DNA of 63,092 nt, the filler included, from Choristocarpus tenellus KU-1152 (Eukaryota > Protista > Phaeophyceae): NCBI GenBank assembly GCA_964200185.2. It is 11 parts of 11 records of this genome, joined end to end, with 100 filler letters (N's around TTAATTAATTAA, not from the genome) between each part and the next. Parts side by side here need not be neighbours in the genome. Positions count along the whole stretch, not along the records: positions 25,775 to 31,427 come from CAXNAD020010129.1; positions 31,528 to 35,170 come from CAXNAD020018777.1; positions 35,271 to 39,050 come from CAXNAD020017966.1; 8 more parts are not named here. One strand, given 5' to 3'. Shown in pieces: positions 26,817 to 39,050 of this stretch. Both the position numbers and the translations under genes were made by a program. The notes under the pieces are model-generated. The model was not told where the DNA came from and ran no database searches. It saw only the letters and a program-made list of their open reading frames with translations. Numbering within the stretch: position 1 is the first letter of the stretch; every line of letters begins with the position of its first letter.

Positions 26817-27119
26817 CTGGTCAGGAACCTCCAGTATAGCAGTTCTTCCAAGATTTAGCTCCCTCAGCTCAGTCCCCATCACCAGCACCTCTACTGGAAA
26901 ATACTTAATATCTTTCCCACTCAGATCCACCACGCCCTCCACCGCTGACACTGATGGGAGCTCAACAACATGGACTGATTTATCACGATGATCCCTAGTG
27001 TCTCTGCCATCCTGACAGCGGTCAATGTCGGTATTGACATCACCATTACTGCTGGCCGTTTCTGAATCCCCTGCAACTGAAACAGTTGTCTTCCATTGTG
27101 TGCCTTCCTGCTGTTCATG
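26817..27119 (-). CDS. Leucine-rich-repeat protein exon
   Basis: gcag|CAT...CAG|gtgagg; ends VVDLSGKDIKYFPVEVLVMGTELRELNLGRTAILEVPDQ (LxxLxLxx LRR pattern). Confidence 0.75.
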
Positions 27120-29296
27120 CTGCTCCATTAACAATAGGACAATCAATGTCAAGATCAACCAACAAATTGAGATTTGGGATATATATATGAAGGGGGAGAC
27201 ATGGTTAGAACCGCAAGGATTAGTACAGAAGCAACAGAAAAGAGTCTACATGGCGAATAATGACACTACTATTAACACATATTTCCCCTTGCAAGAAAAA
27301 GGGAGCAATACTCCTCGAAATACAGATGCACCAAGGAGACGTACCTCTGTCAAATTAGGGTGGGCATAGACAAATATGACTCGTGATGGAGACTTAGCCC
27401 CAACCTTGGCCTCAACCCTTAGGGAATAACGATATCTCCAATGAGTACCTGCGGCTAGTGGTGTGTCCAACACAATGACAGTATGCATCCTTCCTCTTCC
27501 TATGGTTTCCAACGCAATAAGTGTGCTCACGTCTTTCCTCCTTGCAACATTCCTGACCCGAAATACACGTGCGCGTAGTATTTAGTGGACACACTGTAAG
27601 GGAGGGCGGTACATGCGTACCGCCCGCCGCCCCCATCTCTTCATCGACGGATGCTAACTCTGTGACCTGTGACTAAACAAAACGAACCGCCTTAGAATGT
27701 TTATGTCCTGGATTGTCTTTGTGTAGGACACAAAAAATCCTAGGTTTGGTTTAGTACCCCTTTCGAGCTATCTGGATAAGTGAAAAGGCCGCGATATGCA
27801 GTTGGAACCTGGACGTAAACACGCCTCCGTCCTGTCCCATGCACCCATGAGACGGGAACAACAACGTAGCATTGCCACATTCCACGTTTGGCAATAATAC
27901 TAGTGTGAGAAGATAATGTCGTACATCAGGTTCTATTCACTATTGAATGTCTCTACACTCTTATTCTGAAGCCAGATGGATTCTCGACAGGGGGGGCAGA
28001 AGGTGAAGAGATCACCAGTCAAAACCTTACAGGTTGGGGAGATACCATCATCCATCGACTCGAACAGGGAAGACCGCAGTGCAATATATTGAGTACTTCT
28101 CTGATATATCGTCGCAGTCTCAATCTGAACTGTTCGAGGATTCTACAGCGCTGCTGAAATCAATCCATTGTTCATCACTGCTAGTTTTCAAGTTAAGCCG
28201 GACTAAGTCTTCATCGGCAGACAGTCATGCGAGGAAAAATTCAATAGGTTACGTTCACCTTGGTGTTGTTGAGAGGGCAGTGAACTGCAAGGCTCGACAT
28301 CTCTTCTTCTACTCTAGTCGAGGTAGGTACGTCGAGATCTTGGATTCGACGCTCAAGCCAAACCTCACTAGACGCAAGCTCTTGGCTCTTCCTTCTTGTA
28401 CGTTGTTAAAGTCAGCACATCTCACTTCCTTGGTTTCTGGGTGGGGGGTCAGAAACCAATCACCCAGAATCTATGTACAGGTGGGTGTTCACGTCCCATA
28501 CGTTTTGCCACAAGAATGTACAAGATACTTCGACTGAAACCAATCACCTACTATTATGTATTCCAAAAATAGAAACGATTGATTGGTTGGTTCTATTTTA
28601 TTAGTGATAAAGTAGGAAAACCATTGAAATCGGAAATCTCCTCCCAACATAGATATGCAATTTAAATGTTTTAACTGTTATTTCAGGTTCTAGTTCAAAT
28701 GTTTCTTGTTCTATATTCACTACAAATTAATCTGGGTTTACCTGTTGGGAATTTGACGTCAGAAAGTTCAAATCTTAGAAAATTTGAATCTAGGAAGGTT
28801 TTGCTGTGATTTGGGAGCGGGGTGCGACGAACAGTCAAGAATCGTTATTATGACGAAAATAAAGCAAACATCTGTTCTTATATAGATATGATATGATATA
28901 GGCGAACATAGTTGATTTTCTTTTCTAACAAGTTCGGTTCAATGAAAGGAGGATCTTTGGAAGGATAGCTTTCCACAACTTGTTCTCATCCCTTCTTGAG
29001 AATCTTCTCCAAACCTGAATGTCCCATTTTGAGGATTTTTTCTTCTCAATCCCACACGAACCCTGTGTTCAATATTGGACAATGGTGAGGTGTACCCTAT
29101 TTTATGTATGTGAGATTGTACATTTGATTGATTTCATCTAATGTTACTAATGAGTAATCCAGATTATGTATGGGGATTATGTATGGGTTTGGTTCTGCAC
29201 TCAACTACTCTTATATAACCATTGACGTATGTATGATGCATAAAATAATAACAAAACAAACAATAAGAAGACACCCAAGGTCACTCTTCTTATTCC

Positions 29297-29473
29297 GGCT
29301 TAAAGTATCTCGGGGGGGTGGCGGCTGTCCATTTGGGGTCATTTTTTTCATGTCGCAATTTTTGTGTGATTTGGTTGCATACATCAATCAGATGGATAAT
29401 GTAGATGCACTTTTCCTTATTTTGCCCCAAATTGATACCTTGGTGTATACCCCCCCCCCAGATACTTTGGGTC
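29297..29473 (+). mobile_element. MITE family B copy
   Basis: GGCTTAAAGTATCTCGGGGGGGTGGCGGCTGTCCATTTGGGG...CCCCCCAGATACTTTGGGTC. The same end recurs reversed at 16362-16397, 26397-26432 and 31528-31598. Confidence 0.7.
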
Positions 29474-29589
29474 TCATCCACCCATTCTTTTCACGTTCAG
29501 TAACGGGGGTCGTGTGAGGCTCCACACCTTCTTGTCTTCACTACAAATCAAAAAGCAATACTTTCAAGGTTAATTGCACAGGTTATGAG

Positions 29590-30170
29590 CATTATTAGTA
29601 GTATGGTGACTGATCCAAAGAAACCTGCTGTCTGGAAGGGGGCCAAAAGAAGGTCATTGGAGACCTGGTTCACTTGGAGACTCTCGTTGATAGGCCAAAC
29701 TGGGGGAAAGGGATCGTACGAGATCATCACGAGGGACCACAAGGTTCCTCTGAGACCCCCACAACCACCTCAGGAGAGGCATTGTGCACTGCACATGCCA
29801 CATACATCAAGAACAACAAGGCATTATGGTTCCTGCTTACCCAAGCAAAAAGGTGTCAGCATCAGCAACCGTTGCAAGATACAATAACGAGGGTCAACCA
29901 GACGACAGAGGGGCATGACTAGAGTTAGAGTCTATGGAGGACATGTGGAGGACGAGACTTTGAGAACTCCAGTGTGCAGCATCACAGGAAAGCACTGATT
30001 TTGTAATTAAACTCAAGCGACTATTTGCCGACTTCGAGCAGCTCAAGTAGCCAAAGTTGGAAAATATGAAGAGGGCATCTATACTGCTTGGGATCAAAGA
30101 GCCATGCCACATGTGTTTGTGCAATTAATATCGCACCCTGACATCAGCTATGAGGAGCTCAAACGGGCAA
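29590..30170 (+). pseudogene. Decayed Copia-type gag
   Basis: Frameshifted pieces YIKNNKALWFLLTQA and TDFVIKLKRLFADFEQL...SILLGI...HPDISYEELKR resemble Copia gag. Confidence 0.5.
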
Positions 30171-30179
30171 ACATCTCTT

Positions 30180-31427
30180 CGACGACCTTCCTTCACTCAG
30201 ACCAAGATGGGCACGATGGACCAGCATCATTCTCAGTGATACATTGGACTGGTTATGCCTTCCCTGGCCATCTAGTCGAGATAGGCAGCTGTTGCGTCCG
30301 TCGCTGTGCGTTTGGTTTTCAATCTGTAAACCCTCTTGTCTCGGCTGCTCTCATTGACAAACACCTGAAACTATTTGTGACCAGTGATTTCTGGTTGGAA
30401 AGGTCCTGCCAAGTCCGTGTGTACAACCTCGCCAGGCTGCTTAGGGGTCCTGTCACCCTGTTGATAGCTGAGAGCCTCTGATTTGCACTCCTTGCATACT
30501 TTGCATTGCAGTTCCGACGCCACAGTAGCGCCAGTGATCTCCAGCAGTCCACGCTTCTTGAGATTCTTGATAGGTGATGGGTTGATGTGGCCCAATGCAA
30601 TGTCAGGTTCTGTTTTTTATTGGCTCGTGTTGCGCTGGGTCTCCATTCTTTTCCACCTTCACTACTGTTCCTGTTAAATTGAAGAACCCCCTAAACTTTG
30701 GTAAGTTTATCTTTGGCGAATTCTTGGGGGTCTTCAAATAACCTTTTGTTCCTGAGTCCATAAATTCTCTTCCATTGCGTCGTATGGTCCCTGTGCTCAG
30801 AATGCAGCATGGGTATACCTGGCACCCACAGAACATCCTTCAGAACCACCCTTGTTGGCTTGCTGTTCTTGTCTGTCACCATTAAAAACAAATCCCCGGT
30901 TTCCTTTGCTTCCAGTTTCCCGTTGTTATCAAAGGTGCATATCCATTTGGTGGCCTGAGCGCTTACCAGGTGAGCCAAATTGTCTTAGAGGGTAGAGCCG
31001 CGTCCATTTGGGGTCTTAATCCAATGTTGCGATTTTGATGTAATTTTGGCTATCGTGCTTGTTAGGAAGTGTTAATATCCTTGTTCCGGACACACCTTTC
31101 ATAACGTATACATTTTACCTACTCCAAAACATTTTGGAGTAGGAAAATGTCGTACAAAAGCCCGCGGGAAGCCAAGCCCCAAATGGACAAACAGGGCAAG
31201 ATTCCTACCCTCTAAGATACTTCCACTCAGGTCTTCATGATCAGGTGTAAGATGGACGTTTGCTCCGGAGTCACACAATATCTCAGCTTGCCTTCCACTG
31301 GAGGAGTTGAGAACCACACTTCCATTAACCTCCTCATCCGCTGTCAACCTGCAGGTGGAGAAGGAGTGCGCTTGGTTCCTGTTGACCTTGTCGCTCGGTG
31401 TACGTCCATTGTTGCTGCTCCCACCAG
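30180..31427 (-). mobile_element. Ty1/Copia pol remnant (protease, GAG-pre-integrase, integrase)
   Basis: CDSGANVHLT protease motif; LKDVLWVP; GHIN...CKVC zinc-binding region; VHTDLAGP integrase. Has stops, frameshifts and a MITE insertion. Confidence 0.9.
30972..31228 (-). mobile_element. MITE family A inserted in the Copia protease
   Basis: GAG...CTC termini, perfect TSD aggt/aggt. Confidence 0.92.
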
Positions 31428-32181
31428 NNNNNNNNNNNNNNNNNNNNNNNNNNNNNNNNNNNNNNNNNNNNTTAATTAATTAANNNNNNNNNNNNNNNNN
31501 NNNNNNNNNNNNNNNNNNNNNNNNNNNACAAAAAATCGCGACATGAAAAAATTGACCCCAAATGGACAGCCGCCACCCCCTCCCAGATACTTTGAGTCAC
31601 TGGGCTATCCGTGGGACCACCCTGAGATCCATGATCCTGAAAACCGTGTATTACGTTTTTAGGAAGTTATAAATCCGATTATATCCATACTTACAAATTG
31701 TTTAAAATACAAAGCACATACTTCATTCATTTTGTATGTTTCCAATGTTCAGTAACCAAAACGTCAAAAAACAACTCAAACCCTCTACATATTTGAAGTA
31801 CAAATACGTACAAAATAACACATTTGGATTCTTGTAAATTGTAGAGGCGATAAAAAGTGTTTCTTTGGGTAAAACTGATCAGCGCGGATCTCGAATACCT
31901 GAAGATCCATTATACATGTGCGTTAAGGTTTTTTCAAAGAGTAAATCCAGAAATAACCGTTCTTAGGATTTAAACAAATACCAAGAACGCACTTTATGGG
32001 TCTCACACTTTTCCAATTTTCAGAAACCAAAAGGACACTTCCAACTGGTCTCTAGTGTTTATTTAAATAATAAATCCGCTTATATTTCAATAAACACTAG
32101 AGATTACAAAAAAGCGGATCTTGTACCGTTGAACACCCAAAACACGTGCGTTAGGGTTTTTATAAAATTAGAATGATATTC

Positions 32182-32645
32182 TAATCTTTACATCCAGAAA
32201 TACAGATACAAACCACATCCTTCATTGATCCAACACGATTAAAAGGTACGATACGAAAAGGTCACAAAAAACTGGTACTCTCTGTCTCTTTCCAATATGA
32301 AATCGTATGCTGTTCGATATTCGTATTTTTTATAACACAATTGTCAAGGGAAAGACAAATCTGAGTTTTGAGGACCGACCGACCAGATGGAACAAAGCAG
32401 CACCTAAATAATAATTATATTATAATCTTTACATCAACAAATACAATTACAAACCATTTCCTTCATTGATCCAATACGTTTGAAAGGTACGAAACGAAAA
32501 GGTCACAAAAACTGTAACTCTCTTTCTCTTTCCAATATGAAATCGTATGCTGTTCGATATTCGTATTTTTTATAACACAATTGTCAAGGGAAAGACAAAT
32601 CTGAGTTTTGAGGATCGACCGACCAGATGAAATAAAGCAGCACCT
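32182..32645 (+). repeat. Direct duplication, ~225-bp copies (32182-32405, 32423-32645)
   Basis: Two highly similar AT-rich copies ~241 bp apart. Confidence 0.9.
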
Positions 32646-33654
32646 CCCATCCCTCAGTCCTCATTTCAATTCATTCCCTTCAGTACATACCACATACACC
32701 TGTTTTTTACCGATCCCCATCACACCCTCTCAACCTTCGCCATGTCCAGCATTAGCTCAACAAAACCCCACCCACCCGCCGATGGCGCTGCCCACGGATC
32801 GAGAACGTGGGACAGCGATCTGAAGGGTATGTCCTCGCTCCTAGAACATCACTCCCTCGATACGTACCGGATGAAACTCAGTAACATCACATGCACGGAG
32901 ATGGTGCGTCCACTGAGCGAGCGTGGCCTTGTGCGCGTCAGCAAGTCTATCCCCGAGAAAGGTTGATCGGAGCAGTTTGCTCCATCTGTGGTAATCCAGC
33001 GAGACTCTTTAGGTAATGGGGACCAGCTCACCGCCGAAACCGCGCTTGCCATTCAAGGACGTACACTGGGCGGAAACCATAGAATAACGGTGCTGAAGAG
33101 AGAGTTTGATTCCGAACGCGCTTTCATGATGCGGGTCTACATGGAGTTCAATCAAGCAGAAGAGAGGTTAATTGCCAACGGTGGGTGATGGAGTGTTGTC
33201 GTTATTCCTTGATTGCCTGATGACTCTTCTGATCTACCAAGTTGTTACCGAGTTTCCTTGGTTCATCGTCAGTCAGCCAATTGTTGATCTATTCGCTGTT
33301 GATCTTATTTATCCCTCGTGGTCTTTCTGTCGACAGCAACATGTTGCTCACTACTGCCTACCGCGTGTGTCCTGCGACTGCTTCCCACCTACCCCTTGCC
33401 CCGTTCGCCCACTGCAATGTGTTACAAGTCCAACAACTTGCCCGAGAAAATAGATAAATGCAGATCAGCGTATCTGACAGGGTGGGGGGGGGGGGGGGAG
33501 ATCGCAACAAACGATATCTCGGGCACGCCGGAGATATTCGTACAAAGAGGTCGATCATCATATAATGTCGATACTTATATACGTTCAGTGGTAGCTTCTG
33601 TCAGAATAGTATCATCATCGTCATCCCAACAAAGTGGATCTCCAGCTTCGACAC

Positions 33655-35145
33655 AAATGGAAGCTGAAGGCTAAGGAGACATGAGACATGGTACGATCGA
33701 TAACAAGCAAGAACTGGAGGTCAAGAAGATACTTTGGGTACCTCGTATGCCATGCCGAATATTGAGCAGTGGGACCCTGGGACAAGATGACTGAGTTAAT
33801 CGAGGCAATGCAGCCGGAGCTGCAATCTTGAGCCTGAGCCTGAATCTGACCCACAAGAATCTACCTATGAACCTAGAGCAGTGATTACAACACTTGTCCC
33901 TGAAGGGGGCACGCCCATCGATTGAAGACCCCAAGATTCTTGCGTACGGAATGAGAAAAGCAATTGCTGTATCCGCCACTAGGGGAGCAGGACATTATCA
34001 AGAGCAGTAACTAAGCCTCCACCAGAGTGAAAGTATCTTAGATGGTACGAATTTTGTCCTGTTTGTCCATGTGGGGCTTGGCTTCCAGTGATTTTTATTG
34101 ACATTTTACCTACTATAAAATGTTTCAGAGTAGGTAAAATGTATATGTTATGAACAGGAGTGTCCAGACAAAGATATTGACATCTCCTAACAAACATGAT
34201 AGTCGAAATTACATCAAAATTGCAACATCGGATTTTGGTCCCCAAATGGACGCGACTGTACCCTCTAAGATACTTTGGCTCACCAGAAAGGAAAGCAGGA
34301 CCTAACCGTGGGGAGCCTGGGAGCACTCTAGCCGCTGGGACCATAAACTCATGGAAGAGAACACAGAAGGTCAGCGGAAGAGGCGGCCAAGGTACAACTG
34401 GTCAACGTACAGACCATATTACAACAAGATCCCCAACCAGAGACGAGATCAGGACCAACAGATGATGTTTAAACTGTGGACTGATCAAGCATATTGGTCC
34501 TTGTTATTTTGAAGGAATATTTACAACTGTGGAGGTAACGGAAACCTTCAGATCGTTTGTCGGGCGAGGAGAGTGACACTGTCTTAACAGGCGAAGGAAT
34601 TAGCCGCACCCAGAAAAGAAAATCAGAGGAAGCTTGTCAGCAAAGGACTGCCTGCATAAGACTTGTAAGTCCGGGAAGTAAATAAGATCTTCTCCAGACC
34701 ATCAAGAACCATCTTCCATATCAGAGGCACCCTGGCGAGGAAGGTTGTTAGCAAAGGACTTCACTCAACAAGAGGATGTACAAGACATTCAACTATGATA
34801 GGCTTCAAGCCTGGGAGAGTGAGTGCTACCTCCAACAAGAGAAACAGCAAAAGGGGGCTGGTTCAAAATTTTGACTATAAACTAAGCGAGGGGTCATCAT
34901 GGGACACGATTGTACGTCACTGCGTTGACTGGATGAATGACTTATGTTTGAGTTCAAGCAATCAGTGTTCTTCTATTGCGTTGACAAGATAAATGTGATG
35001 TGTGTGAGAATTGAACCAATCTGACGTCTATTAATTCCATTTTTCATGGGGAAGTGTGCAAAATGGGAGTGTGCACAATAAGATGTTTTAGGTTTGAGAG
35101 TTCCAGCAACTCTTTCATTGCCTGCACTCTCATGGGGGAGTGTGC
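33655..35145 (+). mobile_element. Rearranged, decayed Copia remnant
   Basis: EVKKILWVPRMPCRILSSG (protease region), zinc-knuckle relics CLNCG and YNCGGNG, RLLAKDFTQ (RT-like), and a GGGGGAGTGTG polypurine tract near 35135. Confidence 0.6.
34025..34281 (+). mobile_element. MITE family A
   Basis: TIRs; perfect TSD acca/acca. Confidence 0.92.
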
Positions 35146-35825
35146 AAAATAGGATAATAGTGAGGTGTACNNNNNNNNNNNNNNNNNNNNNNNNNNNNNN
35201 NNNNNNNNNNNNNNTTAATTAATTAANNNNNNNNNNNNNNNNNNNNNNNNNNNNNNNNNNNNNNNNNNNNCCCTAACCCTAGATGTAGCACTACAAAATG
35301 GAGAGTTTAGCAATATGATACCCCCATAGCACAACAGTGCACATTGCAGTGCAGTACAGAATTACCAAGTGCGCAATTGTCAAGAGGAGAGCAACAGGTA
35401 CCCTAAAAATAGATGATATGACTCTGGTTGTCGTGCATCAACATGCTAGGGTCATTATGTACAAAGGAATAACTGCGATTACGTAGCCCAGCACTTGAAT
35501 TAACTCAGGGATTCCCTCCTCTACAAAACCCTCTAGTTTGGTTGTTCACACGCTTCAATTTCAACCCCAGCACCCTACTTCTCCCCTTCCTCTCTTTGGA
35601 TACAGTCCAATGAAACAAAAACCTATTTATAGTACTGCAAAATTTGAACAAGAGAAACATTCACACCAGCAATTAGGGCCCTCACCACACTCAAATGCTG
35701 TCTTAACCACCAACTCAGAATTATTTTGCATCCGCACCATAGTACAGCACTATAGTACAGCACTATAGTACAAAAAACAAGTATGCTAGGGTACTATCCA
35801 GATTTAGAATTGGCTATTTGTCTAC

Positions 35826-35962
35826 CTGTGAATGTATCCCTGTAAGTATTCGGAAGGAGAAGTAGGCTGGGACCGGAGTCAAAGCGGTATCCGCCGTCCA
35901 GGGTGATCTCGTTCAGCCTACCCCCGACATCCTTCTCGCTATTCTTCTCCACCACAGTTACC
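35826..35962 (-). CDS. crtI: CrtI-type phytoene desaturase family, exon 3
   Basis: cacag|G GTA...ACA G|gtagac: VTVVEKNSEKDVGGRLNEITLDGGYRFDSGPSLLLLPNTYRDTFT. Not in the ORF track. Confidence 0.8.
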
Positions 35963-36255
35963 CTGTGAAGAGGGACCGGAAAAAGGTTCGACGGTATAGA
36001 ATCTGAAACACTCGCTTGTTACTTCTGGAGTTCTCACACCTCTTCCACACAGTGAGATGCTTGCCACTGCGAATTGATGGATTAAATTGCCACTGGCTGC
36101 AGTACCTTGGTTGGAGAAGTAGGTCAGGTACTGTGCAATATCTGTGTACTTAACCAACCGTCAAGGCTATTGGTTCTGGAGCCTCTGTAGGACTGCGTTG
36201 AAGAATGGAGGGGGTACCTGACTCTCTTCCAATAAATATATGTTGAGGTCCTCAC

Positions 36256-36409
36256 CTACATCCTGATTTACGCAAACGCGCCGCACTGGACAACCCCCCT
36301 ACTCCAGCTCCTACCACAACCACATGAGGCTCTTCCAGTCCCGCGAAACTCATGCTGATAGTTGCCTTGTGCAATATTTGAAGGTTGGAACTGACATGGA
36401 AAGGAGAAA
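36256..36409 (-). CDS. crtI: CrtI-type phytoene desaturase family, exon 2 (FAD-binding GxGxxG)
   Basis: ...MSFAGLEEPHVVVVGAGVGGLSSAARLRKSGC AG|gtgagg; phase 2 matches exon 3. The acceptor at 36409 is inferred. Confidence 0.8.
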
Positions 36410-36496
36410 CTGGCAAGAGGGCCTACGGTTATTGTTTGTTTACAACGAGGTGCATCCAAAATGCTTCACCAGAATCAATCATAACTTTACACTCAC

Positions 36497-36572
36497 CATG
36501 AGACGTGAGGAATCCATGAGCCGCAACCACCGTGAGAGACACACCAAGCGTGGTCTTTTCAAGCCAGATCAT
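36497..36572 (-). CDS. Probable exon 1 (signal peptide) of the CrtI-like gene
   Basis: MIWLEKTTLGVSLTVVAAHG-FLTSH then G|gtgagt; an 87-bp intron joins it in frame to exon 2. Confidence 0.6.
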
Positions 36573-37803
36573 TTCAGCAACTGGAAAAGTCTTATTTGAG
36601 GATTTGAAATGACATGAAAATAGAAAATAGATGGGTAGTAGAGTTACAAAAGTCTTTTGTAATTATTTGAAGGCGTTTCCACTATGGGTTGTACATAGTA
36701 TCACTACTAAAAATATAAATGTAAAACCCCACCACTTAATCAATATTACTCTTGAACTTGTTTCCTTCACTTGTATTTCTCGTTCTTCCTTACTTCAGTA
36801 TATGCTTCAACTGAAAGCACCAATATTCCAATATTCAATGAACAGCAACTAATCAATGTGATGCATCATTTACAGATTCTTACTGATACTGTTTTCAAAT
36901 AACGCTGAGGTGGTACTACGATACGACTCTTAATTAAGCTTGGTTGACCCTAAGCATCGACCAAAAGTAGATGATACCATCAGCACCCCCTTACTTGTTC
37001 AGTAGCTTCCGTCTGTCGCTTTTCAAGGGAGTGAAACCTGGCGAAAGGATAAAATAGTGAGTAGTGTATGTCCTGATCAACTAAGCACACACAGGGTCTC
37101 CTTCTGGTACACAACCCATGCCAAGGGCTATTCATGTGTTTCATGTGTGACAGAGATGGATGTCCGTGAGGGATTAAGGTTCTTGATGCTGGGTCTGGAG
37201 AGTACACTCATTATGTCACGGCATGGCAGAGGGCACCATGAATCCATCATTAACTGCCTCTTTGTAGCTATCAACCACAATCTTATTTAAACTCATTATA
37301 TTTTACATTGCAAGGCAGGGGAAGATGAGAAGATGAAGAACCATACATTACCAGACACCTCCCTGTGTATTAGGAAGTGAAGTGAAGACAGAAAATGCTG
37401 GAAAAAATACTCCATCATATCCTGCAAGGATCAATACTAATGTGTACTCTGAATATAGCAGGGAACCAGTTGAGAAATGATATTATACAATTGACCCTTG
37501 TTTCTCGTTTACCAAAATTACTATGGGTAGTAGTAAATATTAACTTCAATGCAAGTAATGTGTGATGAACAAGCGTTCAGCTAATCTTCCCCCTCCAATT
37601 CAAAATGTTGTGCAAGATTGGCGAATCACCAAGCACTCTCTCCACACCATGCATTTCTGTGCACTCTACGCCATACAATTCCCTGTCCTCCAAACTGTGT
37701 GTCAAGTTTTCTACACCTTTGCTGGCAAGTACACAACTCGAGCTGCTCCAGCAGAAGGAATCAATCCCTCCTGCTGATGAGTGGCAATACACAGCTACAC
37801 GTG

Positions 37804-38397
37804 CTACAGGACTGCACCTAACCAATCTGCCATCCAATCATATTCTCCTCTACCACTTCCTTTGATTTCTTGATTATCTATATTGTCTTCATTAATTTGT
37901 AGTGGTGGACGAAACATGCACCCTCTCAACTCTCTTGAGCAAACTTGCCCCCTTAGGGCCACTACGACCTTTGGTCGGCTCCCAGTGGAAAGCATGTCAC
38001 ATGACATTGCCATTACCGGCGGGTCCCATTCGTCCCTTTCAAATCCCCTTTTCTCTACCCCCTCTCCCCCTTCACCATACCGGTTTGAGATGGTACTTGG
38101 CTCTCCAAGTTTGGACTCAGATTTTTCTCGGAGACTTGAGCTGCCATTGAGAGTACACTCTGAGCTTACTGGGCTGACATCATTGACTGGAATGTCAAAT
38201 GTGTGGAAGGTACCCGAGGTGTCGAGGACATAGAACACACCGGGACGATGCTCTGACCAGAGCACTGAGGACACTCCAGCAGGGGCAACAATGTGTTCAA
38301 ATTCTTCCCTGGTAGTCCTGTCGGTCCTGTTAACTTTCCCCTCTTCTTCCTTTCCGGTGAACCCTTCCCAAGTCACAATCGGCCTTGAGCAGTCCTC
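37804..38397 (-). CDS. WDR60: Dynein-2 intermediate chain WDR60/DYNC2I1-like, last exon
   Basis: ttaacag|GAG GAC TGC; PIVTWE...VSSVLWSEHRPGVFYVLDTSGTFHTFD matches the C-terminal WD repeats; TAG stop at 37804. Confidence 0.72.
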   Translation of the reverse strand, partial: EDCSRPIVTWEGFTGKEEEGKVNRTDRTTREEFEHIVAPAGVSSVLWSEHRPGVFYVLDTSGTFHTFDIPVNDVSPVSSECTLNGSSSLREKSESKLGEPSTISNRYGEGGEGVEKRGFERDEWDPPVMAMSCDMLSTGSRPKVVVALRGQVCSRELRGCMFRPPLQINEDNIDNQEIKGSGRGEYDWMADWLGAVL

Positions 38398-38911
38398 CTG
38401 TTAAGAGTGTGGAGCATATGACAGAAAGGTTGTGTGGTGTGGGAGAAAAGGCAAACCAACATCTGGATGCATGGGTCCATAAAGGAACATGCACACCCCT
38501 ACTGCTTCAAATAATATCAGAGAATTCCTTGAAGTTTGCAGAGTATCAGGATGAACCCACTTTTGTGAGACATGTGTAAGTGCAAACACCTCTAGGTGCA
38601 GCAGCACAAAAAATGCAGACATACTACCATGTACTTTGAAGCAGTACTTGTTAGCAATCAAGAGCTCTAGTGGCAAAAGCAGGTTGCCAGTACTGAGTGC
38701 TCAACTATACATTACACATTATTAATGGATTCAGTAGTATTGAGTGCTTCGGGTGACAATGCCATTACCAATGTGTCGAGTTGAGTGTATGGGATGTGAT
38801 GCAAAGGAGTGTGCTCTAACAAACCTTTGAGACGCAACAAACAGAGGAGGGCCAACACCTTTTTGAACCCTGAACCACTGTTTTCCCCTGTGCATCCCCT
38901 TTTCTCCTCAC

Positions 38912-39050
38912 CTTGTAGAGGCGTACACTTCCATCTGAACAGCCTGCAAGAAAGTGTCCAAGAAAAAAAGGACTGAAGCTCAAGGACATGACTGCCCCTG
39001 ACACCCACCGGCCTGTAAGGGGCTTCTGCTCTGCTTCTGGTAAATCAGGC
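38912..39050 (-). CDS. WDR60: WDR60/DYNC2I1-like, penultimate exon (5' end uncertain or lost in the gap)
   Basis: VMSLSFSPFFLGHFLAGCSDGSVRLYK|gtgagg; the FLAGCSDGSxRL motif is typical of WDR60. Confidence 0.72.

Noticed and set aside
28450-28590. CCAAT-box cluster as the promoter of the LRR gene
   Set aside because: Short motifs and an unknown transcription start; cannot be supported.
32964-32966. Selenocysteine or readthrough TGA
   Set aside because: No redox motif or SECIS is evident; pseudogenisation is the simpler explanation.
33979-34465. Recurrent small-protein family with YPLRYF / ILPTPKHFGVG motifs
   Set aside because: These are translations of the non-coding MITE A; frames and stops differ between copies.
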